DNA of 64,000 nucleotides from Campylobacterota bacterium (GTDB lineage: Bacteria; Campylobacterota; Campylobacteria; Campylobacterales; Arcobacteraceae): assembly GCA_051746405.1 (NCBI GenBank), contig JBNJFB010000001.1:96001-160000 (forward strand), read 5' to 3'. Numbering within the stretch: position 1 is the stretch's first letter; every line of letters starts with the position of its first letter. Positions 28,979 to 39,163 of the stretch are shown here, one piece after another. The notes beneath the pieces are model-generated. The model was given only the letters and a program-made list of their open reading frames with translations. It ran no database searches and had not been told where the DNA came from. Position numbers and translations under genes: made by a program.

Positions 28979-30130
28979 TTACTTCACAGCTTGTTTAATA
29001 TCTTCTATTAAGTCCTGTGCATCTTCTAAACCAATAGAAAATCTAACTGTCCCCTCAGCTATTCCAATAGCTTCTAACTCTTCTTTACTAAAAGAGGCAT
29101 GGGAAATTTTTGCAGGTATTTCTACTCTTGAGTCTGGGCTTCCAAAAGAACACTTCTCTCCAAAAACTTTAGTTTTTTCTATAAACTTCTCAGCTAATTC
29201 AAGTGATTCAAAATCAGCACAAAAAAGACCAGGGATATAATCCATTTGTTTTTTTGCAAGTTCATATTGTGGGTGGGATTTAAGTGCTGGATGAGTTACT
29301 TTTGTGATATATGGTTGCTCTTCTAAAAATTCAGCAATTTGTATAGATACTTTTTCATGCTCTCTCATTCTAACTTTTAAAGTTGGAATACCAAGTGAGA
29401 TTAGATATACATCCATAGGGTTTTGACTTCTACCATGAGCATTTGCATAGTAATGAATCTCATCAGCAAGTTCTTTTGTTTTTGCTACAATTGCCCCTGC
29501 AACAACAGCACCATGACCTGAAACATATTTTGTCGTTGAAAATAGACTAAAATCAGCACCAAGTTCAAGTGGTCTTTGAGAGATAAATGTTGCAAGTGAG
29601 TTATCAACTGCAAATAGTGCATTATGTTTATGAGATAAGTTTGCTATTGATTCTAAGTTAATTATTTTAAGCCCAGGATTTGTAGGACTTTCACATAAAA
29701 CTAAATCAATAGGGTTATTTTGTAAAATATTTTCTAAATTATCCTCATCTAAGAAATCTGCATAATGAACAGTAATATCATACTTATCTTTAAATACTTT
29801 TAGTAATCTATTTGTTCCTCCATAACAATCAGCTTCAACTAAAATATGAGAATTGGCTCTTAAAACTGTTTCAAATAAAAGTGCAACAGAAGCAATACCT
29901 GTGTGAGTACAAACACATCCAGCACCACTCTCAACATCAGTAAATAGATTTTCTAACATCTCTCTTGTTGGGTTATCACTTCTTGTATAATCATATATTT
30001 TATCACCATCTTGCTTTTTTAAATCAAATGTCCCTGTATTGTAAATAGGGAAGTGTGAAGCACCTGCAATATCTTCAAAAGGTGCGTATGAAGCTATATG
30101 GCTTATAGATGTCTCAATGCTCTTTTTCAT
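28979..30130 (-). CDS. Cystathionine gamma-synthase/beta-lyase family PLP enzyme
   Basis: YTRSDNPT, ESPTNP, VDNS, STTKYVSGH, VRFSIGLE. Confidence 0.9.
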   Translation of the reverse strand: MKKSIETSISHIASYAPFEDIAGASHFPIYNTGTFDLKKQDGDKIYDYTRSDNPTREMLENLFTDVESGAGCVCTHTGIASVALLFETVLRANSHILVEADCYGGTNRLLKVFKDKYDITVHYADFLDEDNLENILQNNPIDLVLCESPTNPGLKIINLESIANLSHKHNALFAVDNSLATFISQRPLELGADFSLFSTTKYVSGHGAVVAGAIVAKTKELADEIHYYANAHGRSQNPMDVYLISLGIPTLKVRMREHEKVSIQIAEFLEEQPYITKVTHPALKSHPQYELAKKQMDYIPGLFCADFESLELAEKFIEKTKVFGEKCSFGSPDSRVEIPAKISHASFSKEELEAIGIAEGTVRFSIGLEDAQDLIEDIKQAVK

Positions 30131-30253
30131 AATAGTCCTAATATTTTTTTAAAATTATATCAAAGTTAATTTAAGAGAAAATATATGGTTAATTTTATTC
30201 ATGTGTAAGTTTTTGCTGTTAGACTTTTAATAAAGGCAATAAAGGAGCTTAGC

Positions 30254-31270
30254 ATGAAGACAAACAAAACAAAACTACCGCCACTTGATTCTAAAACAGT
30301 GGAAATTATAGAGAATTTTGGTGCTAAAATCACTTTGATAAATCCTATGGGTGTAAAGGTAAGTGGTATAGATTTATCTTCAAAGGATACTATACCAAAA
30401 AAGGTTATTGATGTATTAGAAAAAGAGATGGCTTCACAGGGGTTTATTGTCTTCAAAAATCAAAAAGAGCTATCACCTGATGAGTTTTTAGAAGCTAGCT
30501 GTTTATGGGGTGGAAAAGAACTACATAGTACTCATGGTGTTCACCCAGCTACTCCTGGAGGAAATCGCCATATATTTCGTGTATCAAATGACCCAAAACA
30601 TGGTATTTTAGGTGTGGGTCCCCAGTGGCATAATGATGGAAGTTTTAATCTAGCTACATTTTCACATTCAGGTTATCATATAATAAAGCCAGCTAAAAAA
30701 CCAGCAGGAACATATTTTGCCCATCAAGCAGCAGCATATGAGGCACTAAGTGAAGAGCAAAAAGAGTTTTGGAGTCGCCTATCTTCTGTAAACTCAGCTT
30801 CAGGCGTAGTTCATCCAATGGTACATGAACATCCAATATCAAAACGAAAATCAATATGGTTGCACTTAGGAATGACAGGTGCAATAATAGAAAAGATTCC
30901 TAATAGTGATTGGTTTAGATTATTGCAAGAAGATGAAATGAAAAAACTTTTTCATCAATATAATGATATCTTAAATGCAGGTTTAGAAGATGGATATGCT
31001 ATTGCTTATGAGTATGAAGAAGATGATTGTATTTTTATTGATAACCTTGCAGTCGCTCACAAAGCAGCACCTGAAGCACATATGTCACCTAATGAACAAG
31101 GCTTAAGAATTATGCACCGTAGTACTGTTCGTGGAGAATATGACTTAGCACCTGGCTTTGGATTGCCACCATTTATAGATATTAGCAAAGAAAGCCCCTT
31201 TGGAGATGGAGTATGGCAAGTAGGAGGTATTGGTTTTGTGTGGGATGATGATATTCATATGCAGAACTAA
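30254..31270 (+). CDS. TauD/TfdA family Fe(II)/2-oxoglutarate dioxygenase
   Basis: WHNDGSF (HxD), HPMVHEHP, DNLAVAH, MHRSTV. Confidence 0.88.
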   Translation: MKTNKTKLPPLDSKTVEIIENFGAKITLINPMGVKVSGIDLSSKDTIPKKVIDVLEKEMASQGFIVFKNQKELSPDEFLEASCLWGGKELHSTHGVHPATPGGNRHIFRVSNDPKHGILGVGPQWHNDGSFNLATFSHSGYHIIKPAKKPAGTYFAHQAAAYEALSEEQKEFWSRLSSVNSASGVVHPMVHEHPISKRKSIWLHLGMTGAIIEKIPNSDWFRLLQEDEMKKLFHQYNDILNAGLEDGYAIAYEYEEDDCIFIDNLAVAHKAAPEAHMSPNEQGLRIMHRSTVRGEYDLAPGFGLPPFIDISKESPFGDGVWQVGGIGFVWDDDIHMQN

Positions 31271-31297
31271 TATTTATCTATGATAGTTTAATTGCAT

Positions 31298-32143
31298 CTA
31301 AATTAATTTAAATGCAATTAAACTACTTGCCATTACGAACATTCCAAGTACCAATCCTAAAATTGCAGTATGGGCATTACCATAAACTCTAGCTGCTGGA
31401 AGTAACTCATCAAATGAAATGTATATCATAATTCCAGCTACAATACCAAACATTATACCAAGGGTTGCACCTTGCATTAAAGGTAGTAGTAAGAAAAAGC
31501 CTACAACTGCTCCTACAGGTTCAGAAAGTCCTGAGAGTGTTGCATATTTAAACGCTTTTCTTTTATCTCCTGTTGCATGATAGATAGGTAAAGACACAGC
31601 CATACCCTCTGGAATATTATGTATTGCAATTGCTAGGGCTATTGAAATACCAATAGTTATGTCATCTAAAGCTGATACAAAAGTCGCAAACCCTTCTGGA
31701 AAATTGTGAATACCAATTGCAAGAGCTGTAAAGATACCAGTTCTTTTTAATGATGAGTTTTTTAAAACACTATTATGATTATTAGGTTTTAACTCTTGAA
31801 GCTCTTTATTGGACTTTGGTTCATGGGGATTTACATCTTTTGGTATCAAATTATCTATAATTGCACTAGCTATAATACCTGAAAAAAAACAAGAAAGAGC
31901 AATTGATTCACCTATGATAGTACTATCAAAAAGTAAACTAAAAGACTCTTTTGACTTTTGTAGAATCTCCATAAAAGATACATATATCATAACACCAGCT
32001 GAAAAACCCATTCCAAGGGATAATACCTTGTAGTTTTTCTCTTTTGAAAAAAATGCAAGTATAGCACCAATACTAGTGGAAAGTCCCGCAAAGAGAGTTA
32101 ATCCAAAAGCTATCAAATATTGTTCATAGGTTATATCACCCAC
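31298..32143 (-). CDS. zupT: ZIP family zinc transporter ZupT
   Basis: HNFPEG, HNIPEG and ELLP motifs; GTG start. Confidence 0.92.
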   Translation of the reverse strand: MGDITYEQYLIAFGLTLFAGLSTSIGAILAFFSKEKNYKVLSLGMGFSAGVMIYVSFMEILQKSKESFSLLFDSTIIGESIALSCFFSGIIASAIIDNLIPKDVNPHEPKSNKELQELKPNNHNSVLKNSSLKRTGIFTALAIGIHNFPEGFATFVSALDDITIGISIALAIAIHNIPEGMAVSLPIYHATGDKRKAFKYATLSGLSEPVGAVVGFFLLLPLMQGATLGIMFGIVAGIMIYISFDELLPAARVYGNAHTAILGLVLGMFVMASSLIAFKLI

Positions 32144-32258
32144 AACTACTCTCCTTACTTATGTGACTTTATCAAATAGAAACTTTGAATAATAATATAT
32201 TAATACACACAGTTTTAAAAAGGCTTTAAGTATAACTGGCATATAATATCATAGTAAT

Positions 32259-32277
32259 TTGACCGACGGTCGGTCAA
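32259..32277. promoter_or_regulatory. Perfect palindrome TTGACCGAC-G-GTCGGTCAA, probable TetR operator
   Basis: GC-rich 19-bp palindrome 30 bp upstream of the TetR gene. Confidence 0.75.
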
Positions 32278-32307
32278 TATAAATTTGATTGTAACAAAAG
32301 GATATAA

Positions 32308-32910
32308 ATGAGTCGAAGAAAGGTTGACAAAGCTGAAAAAAGAAGGGAAGTTGCCTTTTCTTGTTATGACTTAATTCATGAAGTTGGTATGAAAAATATC
32401 ACTGTAGCCCAAGTTGCTAAAACAGCTGGTATTGGTAAGGGTACTGTTTATGAGTATTTTGAAAACAAAGAGGATATTATTTTTGAGATTATAAATATTC
32501 ATATAGAAAACTACCATAATCAATTTTTAGAGACTATCAAAGAAGTAAAAACTACAAGGGAAAAAATAAGGCATTTTTTTAGATTTGTTTTAGACAATAG
32601 CCAAGAGAATTTAAAAAAATTTAATGGATATAAAGAGTATCTATCTGTTGTTTTATCTGATGAAAATAGTGCTATGAAAGATTTTAATTGTGATGCTAAT
32701 GGCTTTTTTAAAAATGAGTTAAAAAAAGTTATCTTAGAAGGTGTAAATAATGGTGAACTAATTCCAGAAGCATTAGAGTTATCAGATGGACTTTTAGTTT
32801 TTGAAAAGGGTTTAGTTTTATTAAAAATGAGTGAAAATGATTATGATGTATATGAAGAGTTTAATAAGTTTATAAATACGATATTTAAATTAATAGAGGT
32901 GAAAAAATGA
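32308..32910 (+). CDS. TetR/AcrR family regulator
   Basis: ITVAQVAKTAGIGKGTVYEYFENKEDI HTH. Confidence 0.93.
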   Translation: MSRRKVDKAEKRREVAFSCYDLIHEVGMKNITVAQVAKTAGIGKGTVYEYFENKEDIIFEIINIHIENYHNQFLETIKEVKTTREKIRHFFRFVLDNSQENLKKFNGYKEYLSVVLSDENSAMKDFNCDANGFFKNELKKVILEGVNNGELIPEALELSDGLLVFEKGLVLLKMSENDYDVYEEFNKFINTIFKLIEVKK

Positions 32911-33137
32911 TTCCACAAAAATTTAGAAATGTAGTATTTGCATTTTTTATGTCATTTTTAATGACTTTTATAATGAGTATGATAATTACATTAATTAACT
33001 TAGGCTTTGTAGATGATTTTTTTATTAAATGGTTTGAAGCATTTATAAAAGCTTTTGTATTTGCATTTCCAATAGTTTTTGTAGTTGCTCCAATAGTTCA
33101 TAAATTAACAAATAAATTAATAATTAAGGAAAAATAA
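32907..33137 (+). CDS. DUF2798-like small membrane protein
   Basis: 76 aa, two TM helices, Met-rich FFMSFLMTFIMS; lies inside the efflux operon. Confidence 0.7.
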   Translation: MIPQKFRNVVFAFFMSFLMTFIMSMIITLINLGFVDDFFIKWFEAFIKAFVFAFPIVFVVAPIVHKLTNKLIIKEK

Positions 33138-34189
33138 TGATAAGAAAAGTTTTATTACTAGTGGCATTTTTAAATATATATGCTTTTGCAATGGGTAAGG
33201 GCCCTTCTTTAGTAGAAACTGTTATTTTACAAAAGCAAGAGGTGAATCCACTGCAAGAGTTTGTGGGAACACTAAACTTTAATACAAAATCAACCCTAGC
33301 TGCACAAAATTCAGGTGCAATAAAAAACCTATATTTTGAAGTTGGTGATGAGGTAAAAAAAGGTAAAATTTTAGTTCAAATTGATGATGATTTGCTAAAT
33401 GCACAAATTAATGCAGCTATTGCAAATTTGGAAAATGCAAAACAAAAAAGAGTTAATGCAACTAGAGATTTAAACAGATATAAAAAACTTTTGCAATCAA
33501 AATCAATAACACAAAAAGAGTTTGATGATGCACTATTAGCTTCAAATACTGCAAATAGTAGTGTAAAAGCTTTAGAGGCTAAGCTAAAAGAGTTAAAAAT
33601 CCAAAGGTATAAAAAAAGAGTTCAAGTTCCATTTAGCGGTGTAGTTGTTGAAAGATATGTTGATGTCGGTGAGTGGGTAAATGCAGGTAGCAAAATCGCA
33701 AAGGTAATTGATCCAAAGAGATTAAAAATAACTTTTAGTATTCCTTATTCAATTGTAAAAGGAATAAAAAAAGGTCAAGATTATGATATTAAAGTTGGTG
33801 ATGAGTTTATAAAAGCAAAACTAAATGCAATTATTCCAAGTGGAGATAAACTTACTAGAACATTTCCTGTTGAGTTTAAAGCAAAGGTTAAAGATAGTTT
33901 TGTATTTGATAATCAAGAAGCAACTGTAAAGCTACCAAAAAATGCAAAAATGATGGCTTTAGTATTGCCAAGGGATGCGGTTATTAAAAGATTTAATAAA
34001 AGAGTAGTATTTGAAGTAACAAAGGATAATACAGCCAAAATGATTCCTGTACAAATTATAGGTTTTATGGGAAAAAAAGTTGCAGTACAAAGTCCTATTC
34101 TAAAAGAGGGAATGCAAATAGTTGAAAAGGGAAATGAAAGAGTATTTCCTAAATCTAAAGTAAAAGTTATAAACAAGCAAAAAGATTAG
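33137..34189 (+). CDS. RND efflux periplasmic adaptor (MFP)
   Basis: GDEVKKG, VPFSGVV, TRTFPV. Confidence 0.92.
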   Translation: MIRKVLLLVAFLNIYAFAMGKGPSLVETVILQKQEVNPLQEFVGTLNFNTKSTLAAQNSGAIKNLYFEVGDEVKKGKILVQIDDDLLNAQINAAIANLENAKQKRVNATRDLNRYKKLLQSKSITQKEFDDALLASNTANSSVKALEAKLKELKIQRYKKRVQVPFSGVVVERYVDVGEWVNAGSKIAKVIDPKRLKITFSIPYSIVKGIKKGQDYDIKVGDEFIKAKLNAIIPSGDKLTRTFPVEFKAKVKDSFVFDNQEATVKLPKNAKMMALVLPRDAVIKRFNKRVVFEVTKDNTAKMIPVQIIGFMGKKVAVQSPILKEGMQIVEKGNERVFPKSKVKVINKQKD

Positions 34190-34197
34190 GAGAATAG

Positions 34198-37100
34198 ATG
34201 GATTTAATTAAATTTTCCATAAAAAACCCTGTAACTATTATAGTATCTGTTTTAATAGTACTTATTTTTGGTTTCATATCATTAAATAATTTACCATATC
34301 AATTAACCCCATCAGTTACAAAGCCAGAGATTAAAGTTACTACAGTTTGGCCAGGTGCAACTCCCTATGAGATTGAAAGAGAGATTATTGAAGAGCAAGA
34401 AGACGCCTTAAAGAGCTTAAATAATTTAATTGAGTATGAGTCCTCTTCAAAAGATAATTCAGGTGAGATTACATTAACTTTTAAATTAGGTACAGATTTA
34501 AGAGCAGCACTTCAAGATGTAACAAATAAATTAAATGAGGTTAGTTCCTATCCAAGTAATGCCGAAGAACCTGTAATAGAAACAGCTAGTGCTAGTCCTG
34601 TTATTTGGATGATGTTACAAACTTTAGAAGATAACGAACGTCATGTGGATGAGTATAAAACATATTTTGATAATGAAATAAAACCAGTTATTAAAAGAGT
34701 AAGTGGTGTAGCTGGGACTATGAGTGGTGGTGGTCGAGACCAAGAGATGCAAATAGAGTTTGATACTACTAAGTTAGCTTCATATGGACTAACTGTTTCA
34801 CAAGTTATAAATACACTTCAAAGTGAGAATGTTGATGTATCAGCTGGTATTCAAAATCTTGATAGAAGAGCTTATAGAATTAGAACTGTAAGTAAATTTG
34901 GCTCAAAAGAGGATATAGAAAATGTAATCTTAATCTCAAATAGAGAGCAAAGAGTAAAGGTAAAAGATGTAGCAAAAGTAGGTTTTGGATATGAAACACC
35001 AAAAACTGTTGCAATGTTTTTAGGAAAAGATGGTATTTTTCTAGGTGTTCAGCCAAGTTCGGATGCAAATGTTGTAAAGCTTACAAATGATGTGGAGAAA
35101 GTTGTAAATGAGTTAAATGAAAATGTTTTAAACAAACAGGGATTAAAACTTCATTGGCTTTATGACCAAAGACCATATATCGTAGGTTCTGTTGATTTAG
35201 TTCAACAAAACATTATGATAGGTGGTGTTTTAGCAATTATTATTTTAATCACTTTTTTAAGAAGTATTTCTCCAACAGCTGTTGTATCTGTTGCTATTCC
35301 AATTTCAATTATTGGTACATTTATTATTCTTCAAGCTATGGGTAGAAGTTTAAATACTATTTCATTAGCAGGTATATCCTTTGCTGTTGGTATGCTAATT
35401 GATTCTGCAATTGTTGTTTTAGAAAATATTGATAGGCATAGAAAAAATGGTGCTAGTATTGGTGAAGCTGCATATAAGGGTACTAGTGAAGTGTGGGGTG
35501 CATTAATTGCAAGTGCTTCTACAACAGTTGCTGTATTTTTACCTATTATTTTCTTAGAAGATGAAGCTGGACAGCTATTTAAAGATATAGCTATTGCTGT
35601 TACATCGGCTGTTTCATTTTCACTGTTTGTATCAATTGCAGTTATTCCTATGCTTTGGAAGAAGTTTGCATCCATATCAAAAAAAGAGCCAAAAAAACAA
35701 GGAGCTATTGCAAAGTTTGGTCTAAAGCTTGTGGACTTTATAATGTCAATAGTAGAGTTCTCACTTAAAAACTTATATACAAAAATAGCTACAATTTTAT
35801 TGCTTGTATCTTTATCTGTGGGAACTATTTATACTCTTTTCCCAAAATTAAACTATTTGCCACATGGAAATAAGAATCTTATTTTTAATATCTTGATTAC
35901 ACCTCCTGGAATGTCCTATGAAGAGAGATATGATATGGGGTCTTATTTGATGAAAGAGATAGAACCACATGTAAATAAAGATGTGGGAGATATCCCAGGA
36001 ATAAGTAGGGCATTTTTTGTCTCTTTTGGTGACTTTAATCTGTTTGGTGGAACATCCATGTATGAAGATAGGGCAAAGGAGTTGATTCCTATGTTTAGAC
36101 CTTTAGTTAACTCTATGCCATCTGTTTTTGGTGTTTCACTCCAATCAGGTGTATTTGAAAATGGAATAGGTGAGGGTAATACTGTAAATATTGACATAAG
36201 TGGAGAAAAGATTGAGGATATTGCAAATGTAGGTGGTACTTTAATGGGTGCAACTATGCAAGCTTTAAGTGGAAGTCAGGTGAGACCTGTACCATCTGTA
36301 GAGTTACTTTATCCAGAAGTTAGAATATATCCAAATCAAGATGCACTAAAAGCATTAGGAATGAGTTCAAGAGATTTAGGAATAGCAATTGATGTATTGA
36401 TGGATGGTAGAATAATAGGTGATTATGAAGAGGATGGAAAGAAAAAGATTGATTTGGTATTAAAAGCTAATGATGAGTTTATACAAACACCACAAGATAT
36501 TCTAGCTTCACAAATTGCTTTGCCAAATCAAGCTTTAGTTCCCGTATCTTCACTTGCAAGTTATAACTCAACTACAGGTATTAGTGAAATTAGACACCTT
36601 GATGGGGAGAGAACTATTACTCTTCAAGTTACTCCACCTGATGGTATGACTATTGATGAGGCTATGAAAACTATTGGTGGGATGCTTGAACAAGTAAAAC
36701 AAAAAGGTTCTATTAAAGATAGTGTGGAGATTAATCTATCAGGTACAGCTGATAAATTAACACATACTATAGGATTGCTACTTGGAAACTTTATTTTAGC
36801 ATTAGTAATAGTTTATTTACTTATGTCTGCACTATTTGGAAACTTTATCTATCCAATAGTTATTATGTTTACAGTTCCACTAGCAACAGCAGGTGGGTTT
36901 ATTGGTTTAGCACTTACAAATAAATTTATAGCCCCTCAGCCACTTGATATCTTAACAATGTTAGGATTTATTATACTTGTTGGTATTGTTGTAAATAATG
37001 CAATTTTAATAGTTCACCAAAGTTTGAATTTTATTAAAAACCATGGGATGGAGCATAAAAAAGCTGTTATTGAAGCTACAAGAACAAGAATAAGACCTAT

Positions 37101-37323
37101 TTATATGAGTTCTTTAACTTCAATCTTTGGTATGCTACCATTGGTTTTAATACCAGGTCCAGGAAGTGAATTTTATAGAGGGTTAGGTTCTGTTATTACA
37201 GGTGGATTAGCACTATCCACGATATTTACAATTTTTGTTACACCTGCAATATTGATGTTTTTTATAAGATTAGAGCAGGGTGTAAAAAAGATTAAAAAAC
37301 CAGTTGATTTAAGTAAAGCATAA
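34198..37323 (+). CDS. RND efflux permease
   Basis: 1041 aa; GMLIDSAIVVLENI, GIVVNNAILIV, RIRPIYM. Confidence 0.95.
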   Translation: MDLIKFSIKNPVTIIVSVLIVLIFGFISLNNLPYQLTPSVTKPEIKVTTVWPGATPYEIEREIIEEQEDALKSLNNLIEYESSSKDNSGEITLTFKLGTDLRAALQDVTNKLNEVSSYPSNAEEPVIETASASPVIWMMLQTLEDNERHVDEYKTYFDNEIKPVIKRVSGVAGTMSGGGRDQEMQIEFDTTKLASYGLTVSQVINTLQSENVDVSAGIQNLDRRAYRIRTVSKFGSKEDIENVILISNREQRVKVKDVAKVGFGYETPKTVAMFLGKDGIFLGVQPSSDANVVKLTNDVEKVVNELNENVLNKQGLKLHWLYDQRPYIVGSVDLVQQNIMIGGVLAIIILITFLRSISPTAVVSVAIPISIIGTFIILQAMGRSLNTISLAGISFAVGMLIDSAIVVLENIDRHRKNGASIGEAAYKGTSEVWGALIASASTTVAVFLPIIFLEDEAGQLFKDIAIAVTSAVSFSLFVSIAVIPMLWKKFASISKKEPKKQGAIAKFGLKLVDFIMSIVEFSLKNLYTKIATILLLVSLSVGTIYTLFPKLNYLPHGNKNLIFNILITPPGMSYEERYDMGSYLMKEIEPHVNKDVGDIPGISRAFFVSFGDFNLFGGTSMYEDRAKELIPMFRPLVNSMPSVFGVSLQSGVFENGIGEGNTVNIDISGEKIEDIANVGGTLMGATMQALSGSQVRPVPSVELLYPEVRIYPNQDALKALGMSSRDLGIAIDVLMDGRIIGDYEEDGKKKIDLVLKANDEFIQTPQDILASQIALPNQALVPVSSLASYNSTTGISEIRHLDGERTITLQVTPPDGMTIDEAMKTIGGMLEQVKQKGSIKDSVEINLSGTADKLTHTIGLLLGNFILALVIVYLLMSALFGNFIYPIVIMFTVPLATAGGFIGLALTNKFIAPQPLDILTMLGFIILVGIVVNNAILIVHQSLNFIKNHGMEHKKAVIEATRTRIRPIYMSSLTSIFGMLPLVLIPGPGSEFYRGLGSVITGGLALSTIFTIFVTPAILMFFIRLEQGVKKIKKPVDLSKA

Positions 37324-37335
37324 GGAAATAATAAA

Positions 37336-38595
37336 ATGAAAAGATTAGTAAAAAAAGTTTTACAAGTATCGCTAGTAGCAACAACTTTGCTTACTAGTGC
37401 TACTGCTTTAAACTTAAAAGAGGCTGTTGATTTAGCTTTAAAAAATAACCATAGTTTAAAAGCTAAAAATTTTGATTATGAAAAATCTATGAAAAATGTA
37501 GATTTAGAAGAGTCAAGCTATTTGCCAAAAGTTGATGTAGAATATAATTATAATAAAAGAGATAATGCCTTACCAAATCAGTTAAAAGAGGACGGAACAT
37601 TAAGTGCAAATGTTACCTATAATCTATTTAATGGATTTAAGGATGTCTCTAATATAAAATCATCTGAATATCTTTCAAAATCTTCAAGATTTTTACTTGA
37701 TGCATTGAGATTTGATATAGTTTTGGAAACAAAAAAAGCTTATATAAACTATTTGGATAAATTTAATCTATTGAAAACATACAAAAGTGAATATTTACTT
37801 TTTAAAAATCAATATAAGGATGCAAAAAGCAGATACGAACAAGGACTTTTAGCTAAAAATGATCTATTAGAAGTGCAAGTTAATATGTCAAGTGCAAAAC
37901 AAAATATAGTAAAAGCAAAAGCTGCTTTAAAAGTTGCCAAGTTGCAATTATCAAATATTATAGGTGGAGTTGATTTATTAGATGAGAATATAGAAGCTTT
38001 AAATGTAACAGATATTAAAAGATTAGATTATAAGAGTTTAGATTTTGAGAATAGAAGTGAAATTAAAGCACTAAAAATGAGTATCGAATCAATAGTAAAA
38101 CAAAAAGATGCAGCAAGAGGCTCATACTATCCAAAGTTAGATGCAAAACTTTCACATAATGAGTATTATGATAACTTAGGGCTAAGTAAAATTGATGAAG
38201 ATGTCGATAATCAAAATATTGCAACTTTAAATGCAAGCTGGAATCTATATAACGGGGGTGCTGATTTAACAAAAATTGCTATGCTAAATACTGATTTGTT
38301 AAAACTAAAAACACAACTACAAGAGACAAAGCTAAATATTAAGCTTCAATATGAGGATGCAAAAGCAGCTTTTGAAGTTGCAACTGATAACTTAATCACT
38401 GCAAAATTAGCATTAAGTCAAGCAAAAGAGAACTATAGTATTGTTCAAAATAGATTTAAAGAGGGTGTATCTACAAGTACTGATTTAATTGATGCAAACT
38501 TTTTATTATCATCTGCAAAGCAGAAGTACAATAGAGCTTATTTTGATAAGTTCTTAGCAATAGCTACACTAAATAGAATATTTGAAATAGATTAA
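37336..38595 (+). CDS. TolC family outer-membrane protein
   Basis: Signal peptide, YLPKV and YYPKL repeats, NLFNG/NLYNG. Confidence 0.92.
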   Translation: MKRLVKKVLQVSLVATTLLTSATALNLKEAVDLALKNNHSLKAKNFDYEKSMKNVDLEESSYLPKVDVEYNYNKRDNALPNQLKEDGTLSANVTYNLFNGFKDVSNIKSSEYLSKSSRFLLDALRFDIVLETKKAYINYLDKFNLLKTYKSEYLLFKNQYKDAKSRYEQGLLAKNDLLEVQVNMSSAKQNIVKAKAALKVAKLQLSNIIGGVDLLDENIEALNVTDIKRLDYKSLDFENRSEIKALKMSIESIVKQKDAARGSYYPKLDAKLSHNEYYDNLGLSKIDEDVDNQNIATLNASWNLYNGGADLTKIAMLNTDLLKLKTQLQETKLNIKLQYEDAKAAFEVATDNLITAKLALSQAKENYSIVQNRFKEGVSTSTDLIDANFLLSSAKQKYNRAYFDKFLAIATLNRIFEID

Positions 38596-38625
38596 AAAAA
38601 GTGCATTATTGCACTTTTTTTAATC
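38590..38625. terminator. Bidirectional intrinsic terminator
   Basis: Perfect 16-bp inverted repeat GATTAAAAAAAGTGCA / TGCACTTTTTTTAATC containing the stop codons of both convergent genes. Confidence 0.8.
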
Positions 38626-38772
38626 AAAATATTTAAAGTCATCATCTTCACTACCATCTTTTTTTCTACTTTTAAACTTCCACATTGTTTTAAAGTACTT
38701 GATTGATTGAAAAGATAGAAAAAGAGCAATAATAAACATGATAAAATAAAATATTACTATAATTATTTCCAT
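38620..38772 (-). CDS. 50-aa single-TM small protein (not in the ORF track)
   Basis: AAGGTG RBS; MEIIIVIFYFIMFIIALFLSFQSIKYFKTMWKFKSRKKDGSEDDDFKYFD*. Confidence 0.6.
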   Translation of the reverse strand: MEIIIVIFYFIMFIIALFLSFQSIKYFKTMWKFKSRKKDGSEDDDFKYFD

Positions 38773-38785
38773 ATTCTACACCTTT

Positions 38786-39040
38786 TTAGTCATTAGATAT
38801 ACCTTTAAAAACATCAAACCATTTAAGCTCAGATGGTACATCTTTAGCAGGTTTACTATCACCTTCTTTAGGTGCACCAAAGTTATTATCACCTGTTGTT
38901 CTTAATTTATTTTCATTAAAAGAGTAACTATCACTTGAACGTGTAACTAATATAGCTATAAAAACTAGTATTGTTATACCAACCAAGATTTTAAAAATTA
39001 TATCTGATATTGAGCTTTCTTTTTTATTTTTAGTTGCCAT
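38786..39040 (-). CDS. Hypothetical single-TM protein, 84 aa
   Basis: AGGA RBS, one hydrophobic helix. Confidence 0.65.
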   Translation of the reverse strand: MATKNKKESSISDIIFKILVGITILVFIAILVTRSSDSYSFNENKLRTTGDNNFGAPKEGDSKPAKDVPSELKWFDVFKGISND

Positions 39041-39163
39041 ATTAAATCCTAGTTATATATATTTACATTCTTACATATTTGTATTTAAGATAATATTATA
39101 AGATTGATTTTTAATTTAGTTATACACAGTATAATTAACTTTTGATATTAAGGAGTATAGATA

